From the human T2T-CHM13v2.0 reference genome, Homo sapiens, in assembly GCF_009914755.1 (NCBI RefSeq), contig NC_060929.1: DNA of 64,000 nt; one strand, 5' to 3'. The notes below the pieces were generated by a model that was given only the letters and a program-made list of their open reading frames with translations, was not told the origin of the DNA and made no database searches. The position numbers were made by a program, and so were the translations under genes. Shown here piece by piece: positions 11,819 to 24,645 of this stretch; within the stretch, counting starts at the first letter, position 1, and every line of letters starts with the position of its first letter.

Positions 11819-14142
11819 ATCAAGAAAGAGAGAAGTGCATGGGCTTTGGTGGGAATCCTTTACACAACTTTGCTGGGTCTGAGAACTTGTGATTCATGCC
11901 TTTCAGAGGATGAAAGAGGATTCACGATATCCACGGAACCACTTCCTTGTTTTGAGAAGGAAGCTGGTGCCTCCTATAATATGGGCAGAGCCGGCTTGCT
12001 GCCACATGAAGCAGTGCCTGGCTTTGTGGATTTGCAGATTCATTCAGCAGGCATCTGCCAGCATCCACTCTGGGTCCAGCCCTGGGTATGACGTGTCTTC
12101 AGCATTGGGGAAGACGCTCAGGAGGAATGGTTCCAGCATCAGTGACTCTAACAAGGGTGGGGGTAGGGTACTTCCTTGTGCCCAGCTGGGCTGCCTGCTG
12201 TGGGGGTATGGGGCAGAGACATGACACAGTACTTGGCGTGGGGATGCTGGCTGTCCTCTGTGCCCTCCCCACCTGCTGATCCCTGGCTCCACCTTGGTCT
12301 CCAGGAACAGCTCTGTACCCCTCTGGGAAGTCAGATGTTTCCCTTAAAGCTTGTGGGTCCCAGCAGACTCCCCACCCTGAATGTCTTGGCTATCAGACCT
12401 CAATCTGTCCCCTACAAACAAGTCCTCCTGCCCTCTGACCTCTGCTCTTGACAACAAACCATGTGTCACAGCATCTGTTTTGCATACATTTGCCACCATT
12501 TTCACTGAAGAGTAAACACAGAGCTGGACTTTGGGGACTTGTGGGCGGTTCTTCCTTGAAAATAGGCCAAGCCCAGAGCTTAGAATAGGACAAGGAGGGG
12601 CCTACTTGGAGGATCACTGAAGGGGTGCCAGAAGGTGAGTCAGGCCACCTGGGTTCCTGTTACATGATTCAGGCAGGCCCCTCCTTCTCTCTGGCCTCAG
12701 TTTCCTCCTCTGTCACATGAGGTGTGATGATGCCTGTCCTGCCCCTTTCCTGTCACGATGGGGAGGCTCCAGTGGGACATGCCCTCAATTTCTCCCAAAT
12801 GTGCGTGAATTGTTGAGGGCACCTGGGATGCTGAGGGTGTCAGGCGAGCAGGTGGCTCTGAGGTTTGGGGGTGAGGGTGTGGAAGCCTCAGGGAGAGGCA
12901 GGGACTAGCTCTGAAGTTTAACATGGCTCTGAGAGATACACTGAGCACCTAGGTTGAAACCTGCAAACTCAGTAAGCCTAGACGGCAGGCCACATTTCTT
13001 GACCTCTCTGAGCATCAGCCTCGCCCGGAAAAAGATAAACAATAGTGCCTAGGTCTTGGGGTGACGTCATGTTTACCGGGCACTCGCTATGAGCCAGGCC
13101 CTGTATTTGGAGTTCAGTTAGGGGTGAGGATGACGACAGGGCTTATTGGGTGGCTTCAGGTATCAGCTGCAGGAGGCAGGTGGTGCCTTTAGATGAGAGA
13201 CCTGAACTTCGGCACTCCCAATCATGCCATGCTTCCTACTCAGTCCTGGCTGGCCCCGTGGCTAGTGGGTAGAAGTCAGTAAAAACCCACTGAATGTTTA
13301 TTAGGCTAAGACTGTGAGGAGGAAAGTTAGGCTCCTCTGGTGCCCTAGTAGTTTTTGATTTTTGTCAAAGGAGTACATATTCATAGCCCAGCAGCAATAA
13401 GTTTCTCATGAGAAGCAGCAGCCCCGCTGGGCCCATGCCCCTCCCTGCCTGGTTTCTGCTTTCTATCGGTAACTTTTTAATCCTTTTTTAAATTAAGTTT
13501 TTTTAAAAATCCTTTTAGTGTTTTTGATGATTACCATATTTCTTAAAAAGATTACTTATCTCACCTTTTTCTTGATTTTTAAATTTTAGTTATTATCTAT
13601 TGACTTTCAATTATAGAGGACAGGGAGTAAGTTTTTCATACCAGTTCTCTTCTGACCAAATAGATACCCACACACTCCCCCTTCCCCAAAGCACAGCTGC
13701 CTCCAGGCCTCACTGTGCAAATACCCACGGTGGAGCTGTGTAGTGTACTGGAATCACATTTTCATTTTCCTCAAAGATGTTTTGTTTTCCTTGGAATTAG
13801 GTGCATAGTATCTGATTTTGTCATTTGCTTAGTTTTCTGTTATTTATTTATCCTCCCATTCTGGCTAAACTGGAGATGTTTTCTGAAGATGTTCAAACAC
13901 ATCAGGTAGTTGTCTCCTTTTTCCCTAGTTGGGAGTTGTTCTCTGGGCCCCGCTACTCATCTGAGTCCTCCCTTAGCCATCATCTGGGGAACCCTGTTGA
14001 ATCGCCCATTTCCTGAAATCTGTGGCTTTCTCTCTCCATTTACTCCCTCACTTTCAAGACGTGCATCCTCCAGTGTCTTCCAAAGAAAGGGTCCATGGAA
14101 GGCAAAATCTTTGAGATCTTGCATGTTTGAAAATCTGTTTTA

Positions 14143-14445
14143 CTTTTTTTTTTCTTTTTTAATGAGATGGGACCTCGCTCTGTCATCCAGGCTGGAGTGC
14201 ATTAGTGTGATCATAGCTCACTGCAGCCTCGATCTCCTGAGCTCAAGCCATCCTCCTACCTCAGCTTCCTAAGTAGCTGGGACTGTAGGCTTACACCACC
14301 ACATCCAGCTAATTAAAGTTTTTTTTCATTGAGATGGGGTCTTGCTAGGTTGCCCAGGCTGATCTCAAACTCCTGGCCTTAAGTTATCCTCCTGCTTTGG
14401 CCTTCCAAAGCGCTGGGATTCCAACATGAGGCACCATGCCCAGCC
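14143..14445 (-). mobile_element. AluJ, full length
   Basis: gatcatagctcactgcagcctcgatctcctgagctcaagccatcc is J-type; flanked by tgttttacttt / tgttatacttt (likely TSD). Confidence 0.92.
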
Positions 14446-14598
14446 TGTTATACTTTTATACTTGATTAATAGTTTGGCTGAATGTAAAGTCCTGTGTTGA
14501 AATTACTTTCACTTAGAAACTGGTCTTCCAGCCTCCTGCATGACTGTTGAGAAGTTGCATGCTTCTCTGTGTCCCAGTCTTTGGAATGCAATAATTTC

Positions 14599-15390
14599 TT
14601 TTTTTTAATTTTTACTTTAGGTTCTGGGATACATGTGCAGAATGTGCAGGTTTGTTATGTAGGAAGCACGGCATACATGTGCCATGGTGGTTTGCTGCAC
14701 CTATCAACCTGTCATCTAGGTTTTAAGCCCCACATGCATTAGGTATTTCTCCTGATGCTCTGCCACCCCTTGCCCCCCACCCCTGATAGGCCCTGGTGTG
14801 TGATGTTCCCCTCCCTGTGTCCATGTGTTCCATTGTTCAACTCCCACTTATGAATGAGAACGTGCAGTGTTTTGTTTTCTGTTCCTGTGTTAGTTTGCTG
14901 ATAACGATGGCTTCCAGCTTCATCCCTGCAAAGGACATGAACTCATCCTTTTTTATGGCTGCGTAGTATTTCATGGTATATATGTGCCACATTTTCTTTA
15001 TCCAGTCTATCATTGATGGGCATTTGGGTTGGTTCCAAGTCTTTGCTATTGTGACTTGTGCTGCAATAAACATACATGTGCATGTGTCTTTATAGTAGAA
15101 TGATTTATAATCCTTTGGGTATATACCCAGTAATGGGATTGCTGGGTCAAATGGCATTTCTGGTTCTAGATCCTTGAGGAATCACCACACTGTTTTCCAT
15201 GATAATCGATCCAATTTACACTCCCACCAACAGTGTAAAAGCGTTCCTATTTTTTTCCACAGCCTCACCGGCACTGTTGTTTCCTAACTTTTTAATAATC
15301 ACCATTCTAACTGGCATGAGATGGTATCTCATTGTGGTTTGATTTACATTTCTCTAATGACCAGTGATGATGAGCTTTTCTCATATGTTT
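14599..15390 (-). mobile_element. 5'-truncated L1PA (about L1PA7/8), ORF2 C-terminus plus 3' UTR
   Basis: ORF 14837-15157 PFDPAIPLLGIYPKDYKSFYYKDTCTCMFIAA..TIAKTWNQPKCPS is the L1 ORF2 C-terminus; degenerate TSD ttggaa....ataatttct on both sides. Confidence 0.95.
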
Positions 15391-15709
15391 GGAACATGAT
15401 AATTTCTACACCACCCCCACCCAGAAACTTTGAGGATAGATCCTTTATAACCAGGGTATTGAAATATAGCATTTTCATCATTCAAGATGAATTTTTAAAT
15501 TCAATGTTTTGGGCACTTGGTGCAGCTCCTTTTAAATCTCCAGACTTCAATACCAGGGATTTGTGTTATTTATTTGATAAAAGTTGCCCTCTTCATGCAC
15601 TCTGTTTTCTCTTTTTCCGGAGTTGTTCTTTTTTAACATTAAACCTCCTGAATTGATTGCTTCACTAACTTTTTCTCTTTTTCATCTTTTTGTCATTTTA
15701 TTTTGATGC

Positions 15710-17392
<1,683 letters not shown>

Positions 17393-18404
17393 TCTAGACT
17401 AAGTCTTTGACTTTATCTTACAATCTTCTATTGGTTTTTTTTCTCCTGCTTTGATAGTTTTAAATTCTTAGAGCTTTTTGTTTGTTCTGTGTAGCTTTCA
17501 ATTCTCATATATGCTTTATGTTTTCTTATTTCTCTGAAGATATTGTGGTTTTTTTCTGAAGTTTTCCTTTGCTCCCTATATTGTATCTTTCCTCTGGGTT
17601 CTTTTTATTTCCTCTTGGTTTTAGTCTTGTCTTTTGTGTTGGAGACTCTTCTCAATGTCTGGGGATTCTTGTTTTGTATTTGAGACAAGGCACCAAAATG
17701 CTGGTTGGAAGCTCTCTGGGCATGGGTGGGGCCTGTTGGCTAATGGGCTTCTCCAAAATGGTATTGGATAGGAAGCCACCTCTTTTGATGAGGAACACTC
17801 AAATAATGGCATCTTTAGGAGTTTTTCAGGGACTGGTTAGTTTCTGAAGAGGGATCATCCAGTCTTCTGCCTGACGTGTATAACTTTTAGAACCAAAAAG
17901 AGAAAAGGAATTTGGGGGATTTTGTTGTTCAGTATGTTCATTTTCATAGAATCCCCAGTTACAGCATCTCACCATAGTCTTCAGTTTTTTGTTTTTTGTT
18001 TTTTTAAATCCCTGGATCCAGAGGGATCTCTCTTGCAAGTTTGAAGAAGAAATTGTTACTTGGTTGTCAGGGCTGAGGGAAGGCACCTGGGGGATCTAAT
18101 GATTCCTCTAAAGACTGTAAACCAGTCTGTTTTCTGTTGCAGTTGCACCTCTGCCTTCCAAGCACCTATTGGCTCCAATTCTCTTGCTTTTGTGAGATTC
18201 TTCACACACAGCCACTTGCGTCTTGAAGGTTGACCCACTGGAGGTGTAGCAGGCTGGAATGTAAGTCAGTATCACTGATTCATTTACTTGCTGGCTTCCA
18301 AAATAGCGTTGACATCACTTACCTGCTCTTGTTTTCCTTTCCTTTCTCTTCATCCTCTAGGACTTATGCAACAAAAAAAATCTCCTTTACTTTGTGTTAG
18401 CAGT

Positions 18405-18768
18405 TGTATTAGTCTATTCTCATGCTGCTAATAAAGACATACATGACACTGGGTAGATTATAAAGGAAAGAGGTTTAATGGACTCACAGTTCCACATGGC
18501 TGGGAAGGCCTCACAATCATGGTGGAACACGAAGGAGGAGCAAAGGCACATCTTACATGGCGGCAGGCAAGAGAGCGTGTGCAGGGGAACTGCCCTTTAT
18601 AAAACCATCAGATCTCATGAGACTTATTCACTATCATGAGAACAGCATGGGAAAGACCCACCTCCACGATTCGATTACCTCCCACTGGGTCCCTCTCACA
18701 ACACGTGGGGATTATGGGAGCTATAATTGAAGATGAAATTTGGATGGGGACACAGCCAAACCATATCA
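18405..18768 (-). mobile_element. THE1 solo LTR (ERVL-MaLR) with perfect 5-bp TSD
   Basis: tgtattagtctattctcatgctgctaataaagac..cacagccaaaccatatca; GCAGT at 18400-18404 and 18769-18773. Confidence 0.95.
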
Positions 18769-18773
18769 GCAGT

Positions 18774-19342
18774 GTGTTGGACACTCTAAGATGGTTCCAA
18801 TATCTCCTCCTGCTAGTACTTATGCCCTTGTGTAATTCCCTTGAGTGTGGTCACAACCTGTGACTTCTTTCTAACCAGTAGAACATCCTGTCACTTCCAT
18901 GATACGTTACATCAGATCGTAACATCAGCCTCGCTCAGAGACTCCCTCCCTTGCTGGCTTTGATGAAGCAAACAGCAATGTGGGAGGCCCACATGGCAAG
19001 GACCTGAGGGCAGTCTCCAGCTACCACCCAGCGAGGAGCTGAGGGTGGCCTCTAGCTGAAAGCAAGCAAGAAACTTTCAGTCCCATGGGCTATAGGGAAC
19101 TGAATTATGGCAACCCCACATGAGATTGGGGGTGCCAATCTCAATCCTTCCCCATATTCTGCCTTGAGATGAGATTGCAGCCTCATTGACATATTTTTTG
19201 TAGCTTTCAGATGAGACCCTGATGCAGAGGACCCAGTAAAGAGCAGACTCCTGACCCTTAGAAACGGAGATAATGAATGTGTATTGTTTTAAGCTGCCAT
19301 GTTTGTGAGGATATTATTGTGCACCAATAGATAATGAATACA
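18774..19342 (+). mobile_element. MLT1-type LTR (MLT1E/F-like)
   Basis: cccttgctggctttgatgaagcaa..gactcctgaccc..tgtgtattgttttaagc..aatagataatgaataca. Confidence 0.8.
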
Positions 19343-19944
19343 GGCAGGATATGAGCTGCTGTGTTGAACTGGAAGTTTAGCCCTCATGCTTTGGTTTCTT
19401 GGGCCTGGTAACCATGTGTAGTGGAATGTCCAGCCCCAGTGGAATGGTCTTCAGGAGCTTCTCAGGATTCTGTTGTCCCAAGGCTTCATTTACATTTCTT
19501 CTTACAGAATTCAGAATACTGGAAAAGAGGGGCCTCCTAGGTTCAGGGGGGTACTCTCCCTCATGAGGGGTCATTCTTCCTGCATCATAGGGTTGCTGAG
19601 GTCAGAAAACCTTTGTGCCCAATGCATAGACTATGCATGTACCCCCAATTGTCATGCTTGCAAGGGGTCTGCAGCCCAGATGTCATGGGTGGGGTGGGTT
19701 GAGGGATGCTGTGTAAAACATCATTTGAAACACCAGAATTTAAACTATTGTGGATAAGAACTATGGAATGAAAGAAGGGCTGTTTTTAGGAATGTGAATG
19801 ACTAGGGCGGGGGAAGCAACAAGGTACTGTGGCAGGTGCACTGGGCCAGGGGCCTGGGCTTGGCTGCTTATGTCTGTTTTGTGCTCACCAGCTGGGTCAC
19901 CTTGCACAGGTGAGTTAACTGTTCTGCCCTTAGTTTCTTCACCT

Positions 19945-20290
19945 TTCATTCAACCAGTTACCCAACATTTAATGAGTATCTGATGTGTGCCAGGCCCTAG
20001 GCTAGGTGCTGGGATTATAGGGATGAACATGATGTGGTTTCTGTTCTCAAGGAGCTTGGTTTGAGGTAGGAGTAGAGGGACCCCCAAACAGGCAAATCCA
20101 GGACAGCAGAGCTTGTAAACTGGGGTCCTGCAGACACATTTGATTGATTCATCCAGTGTTCTACATTATTGGAATCTGTTTAAAAAAAAACTAGGAGATA
20201 TTTGGCTAGAAATTTAGATTTCTGACTTCTCTAGAGAAATAAGATTTGGTAACAGTCACCAAGAGCAACCGTCTTTAAATGGGCATGGAC
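19945..20290. mobile_element. L2 relic plus probable small hAT MITE relic
   Basis: cattcaaccag..tgtgccaggccctaggctaggtgctggg (L2); 20100-20290 MITE-like, weak. Confidence 0.45.
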
Positions 20291-22815
20291 CAAAGTCTCT
20301 ATTAAGAGAGAGAAGAAGGGGGAGGCTGGGATAACTGTGTTTCAGGGAAATGAGCCAGTGCATGTAGAGCCACATTTTCCTGTGCCAGTGTTGAGATGCA
20401 TCCTGGGCTGGCCTCACTTCTTTGTGTCACAGCTGAGCCCAGGAGCTTCTGAGTTTGGGACCCCTGCAATTCAGGATGCAAGTGTTGAATGGGGCCATGG
20501 GGGCCAGAGGATGAAGGGCATGTTATGTGTCCATAAGTGCCCCCTCCATTCTGGGTTGTTATGAAGAGCAGAAGGGCCACCTCCCACCTGTGGAAGCCTC
20601 TGAATGACTTGCGGCAGGCAGGTCATTCACTCATCAGAGCTCTGAGGGCCGCACAATGTTCTGGTGAATTGCCCTGTACCACGAGCTGCATCCTGTGCAT
20701 GGCTCCTGGAGTGCAGGATTTAGGTCCCAGCATGATCAGAATATGGTTTTGGAAATGGCTGTGGGGTCCAGGTGACATGAGTCTTGTTTGCTCAGACACT
20801 TGGCCCTTCCAGGGTCTGGGACCCTCCTCCTCCTCTGGTGCCATCTTGTAGCCCCAGGGACCTCGTTGTCTTGTGGGGACTGCCTCTTTGTGGAGGGTCC
20901 TGTCACAGGAGACTTTTAGGAATGGCATCCTGGTGGGCTTGTGCTGATGGGTGCCCCCACCTTAGCCCTGCCTGAGGCAGCTCTGGGGAAGGCTGGGGAG
21001 TCTGGCCACTTATCTCACACCATTAGGCTTATAGCAGTGCTGCTAGCAGACAAAGACTCGAAGGGGATTAGGGGTAATTACCAGGCAGCTCTTTCTTCCC
21101 AGGGTTTAATGGGCCCAGCCACTGTAATTGTACCTGCTGGTCTTGGGCTGTTCCCTTCCATCCAAAGGCCAGGCCGTGGGCTGGGTTTGGGCGTTGAAGG
21201 GCATGTCCTGGCGCTTGTCCACCTGCCCACCTATTGCTGGGTGGCCAATGCATGACTTCAGCATGGCATGGCAGCCTGGCAAGGACTGATAGCAGAGCTC
21301 ATGGTGAAGAAATCAGGGAGCCCATTGTGTGCTAAGGACGTGCTAATGGGAATGCAGGGGCCTTCCTGCCTTGTCAGGGCCTGAGCTACTCAAGAAATCT
21401 CCATCCTTATTGAGAGGGTTATCTCTGTGGCCTGTGGGAATGTCCAGAGGCCTGGGCATTCTGGGGGCAGGGCAGTAGGGATCTTTCCCAGCCAAGTGAG
21501 GTGGGACCTGCCTTAGGGATAAGGGACGTGTAGGCTTTGGCTCTGGGCAGCGTTGCGTGGATAGGGGAGCCCCAGTCTGTGCACCCCGGCTGCTCTGGGA
21601 GAGTGCGAGGCCCACGCAGCCCTGGCTGTGGCCATGGGCACAGGCTGGCGGGCTCTAGGGTTCCTGCTAATGGACCTCACCCCACAGCCATGGAGGGACT
21701 ACTCTTTTCACCAGGGAATCCCCACTCAGTCCCTCTCCCTCTGAGGAATGTCTGCATCAAAAAGCCTCGAAAAGAGTTCAGCAGGGGCATTTGAAAATTC
21801 AAAGTATGCATCCTTTTAATCCTTTCAGGGAGGCTGTAAGGTGATATTGATGGCAATGTTTTTATTTCTTAGAATTATTTTTCCAGTCATTCACGTGAAC
21901 TCAGAGCACCATATCGGTTTTCCACCTTAAGTAAGAGGATTAAAAACATTTCATAATGCAGGGCCTGAGTTAGGAGCCCAGGCCCCAAAGCCTTGTCACA
22001 TTGTGTAATTGGAAGTAATTGCCAGTGTGGGGTTTGAGAAAGGCGCCCGATTGGGTGGTGGGGGCTGGTGAAACCTCTTTTGAGCCCTTGTTAAATGGGG
22101 AGGGCAGATTAAGCTGAGCAAGTGGGTTGAATGGACAGACTGATGTACTCACCCCTCTCAGACCTCAGCATCTTACCTGGGTGTCCTTTGAGGGGAACAT
22201 AGGGCTGCTTTGGGGGTGCTGCAGGTGTGTGGGGGAGATGAGAGCAAAGCTGTCTCTGTGTACAGCAAGGCCTGTGCCTCTTCCTGGCTGCTGCCTCTTC
22301 ATTCTGGGGACAGGAGCAATGCAGGGACCTGTTGTATCTTACAGAAGACCCTCAGTCTCTCTGAGCTGACCCCTGCAATATCACCAATCAGATGATATCC
22401 AGGTTATCTCTTGGGGAAATTGGAACCATAGGTTGGGGTGGGAGGGCTCACGTTCCAGGGGGTGTAGCTCTTCCAACATAGCATTTTTTGATTCCAAATT
22501 GAACTTCACTTGGATCTTGTGCAATACAGCAGCCTTGCCACAGCTGTGCAAATGCCTCATAGGGCCAGAGCCATGCCTATCAATGGGGGCCCTTGGCTGG
22601 GGAGGGAGACACTCGGCTTTCTGAGAAGTGATTGAGCCGCGTGGAAGTGAAGGTGTTTTGGAGTAGCCTGCTCTGGCTGGGTGTTGTTGTGGCCATCGAG
22701 CACCCACTCCTGTGTCTTTCTCCTGTGTGGTTCTCATTTAGCCACACTGTCCCCTGCTCTCTCCAGGTTTTGATGCCTCTTTCCCGGGGTGGGGAGTTTA
22801 AAGTGGGAAAGCAGG

Positions 22816-23263
22816 CATTGGCACTATTCACAATAGCAAAGACTCGGAACCAAGCCAAATGTCCAACAATGATAGACTAGATTAAGCAAATGTGGCACAT
22901 ATACACCATGGAATACTATGCAGCCATAAAAAATGATGAGTTCATGTCCTTTGTAGGGACATGGATGAAGCTGGAAACCATCATTCTCAGCAAACTATTG
23001 CAAGGACAAAAAACCAAACACCGCATGTTCTCACTCATAAGTGGGAATTGAACAATGAGAACACATGGACACAGGAAGGGGAACATCACACACCAGGGCC
23101 TGTCATGGGGTGGGGGGAGGGGGGAGGGAGAGCATTAGGAGATATACCTAATGTTAAATGACGCGTTGATGGGTGCAGCACACCAACATGGCACATGTAT
23201 ACATATGTAACTAACCTGCACATTGTGCACATGTAGCCTAGAACTTAAAGTATAAAAAAAAAA
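22816..23263 (+). mobile_element. Young 5'-truncated L1PA (about PA2-PA4) with poly(A) and perfect 16-bp TSD
   Basis: ggcactattcacaatagcaaagact..gaacttaaagtataaaa; AAAGTGGGAAAGCAGG at 22800-22815 and 23264-23279. Confidence 0.97.
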
Positions 23264-24065
23264 AAAGTGGGAAAGCAGGAAGGAACATGGCTGTTCCTCA
23301 GAGGTCCAGGCTGAGAGGTTTGTGGCAGCTTTCAGGGGAGAAGGAGGGCCAGGAGAGGGAATGAGGAGATGAAGCCCAGTTATGAGCCATGTATAATTTC
23401 CCAGGATTTTGTCCATGATGCTCCAGGATTCTCTGTGCCCTGGCAATGGGCTGGGAAGCCAGAGGGTGTCTTGACTCCTTTCTCCAAAAACTGTTCTCCG
23501 TCCTGGCCTGTCCTCTAAGGTCATCTCTGTCGCCATGCAAAGGGAGACGAGATCAGGGCCCCATCACAGCCATGATCCCTCTGTCCATCCTAGACTCACT
23601 TTCAGTTGAGGATCCTGGGCTCATGGCTCCCACGTGGATGTCCCGGGTGCCCCATAAGTGGCTGTGGCTGATCAGGGGTCAAAGATCACTCATGGGTCAC
23701 CCCATCTGAGTCCATTGCTGAGGACAGGTTGAAATAGAGAGTGTGTGGCTATGTGTGTTGGTGGAAGGAGTTGGGTTCCCTACTCTATTTACTGGTGCCA
23801 GCCACATTTCTGGACCTTGTGATCACATTTTCTTTTCTGGACCCAAGAGGCTTAGGGAAGAAAGGAGGAGACCCTTGGTTTCCAAGGCCCTGAGTTTGAT
23901 GACTCTTGGCTAGATTCTGAAGACTTCTAAGTTTTTCCTGAAAACCTCCCTTGTGTCTTATCCCCCATATCAGAAGAAGATCCCTTGGGAATGAAATTCT
24001 ATAAAGTATGAGCTGGGGTTTTCCTAAAGAGGAAAATTTCAGAACTGTTTTTGCTGGTGAGATCT

Positions 24066-24174
24066 TTTTATTTTATTTTATTTTTTTGAGGTGGAGTCTC
24101 ACTCTGTCGCTAGGCTGGAGTGCAGTGGCACCATCTTGGCTCACTGCACTTTCCGCCTCCTGGGTTCAAGCAAT
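24066..24174 (-). mobile_element. Severely 5'-truncated Alu with TSD
   Basis: Only the 3' ~110 bp of the right arm; TGGTGAGATCT at 24055-24065 and 24175-24185. Confidence 0.92.
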
Positions 24175-24414
24175 TGGTGAGATCTATTTTTACAATTAGA
24201 TTGAAATTAGAAACTAATTAGAAATTGTTTCTTTTTAAAAATTAAGATTCTGCTTAAGAAAGCTGCTTTGGTTAAAATGGGGGAGGGGACTGGAGCCTCA
24301 CCCTCTGCTCCTTCTGCTGCCTTTGGTGGCTCCTGAGGTGCCACCATGCAACTCTAGGGCTTTTTGGAAAATGGCTTATAAATCATCTTCCTAAGCTAAG
24401 TCCCCGGTGGGTTA

Positions 24415-24645
24415 AGGTGTGAAGATTAAGATCATGGGCTCTACAATCGAACAGCTTGTGTTCAATTCCTGGGTCTGCCACTCACTAGCTGTGTGACCTT
24501 GGGCGTGTTTCTGAACTTGTCTCCTTTTGCTTATCTGTGAAATGGGCATAATAAGAATACCTGCCTTGTAGGTTTGTTATGAGGTTTAAATTAGTGTTTG
24601 GTACAATGACTTGCTCACTTGCCAAAAATGTTAGTGATTATTAAC
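24415..24645 (+). mobile_element. MIR
   Basis: ggtctgccactcactagctgtgtgaccttgggc..tctgtgaaatgggcataataagaatacct. Confidence 0.85.
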
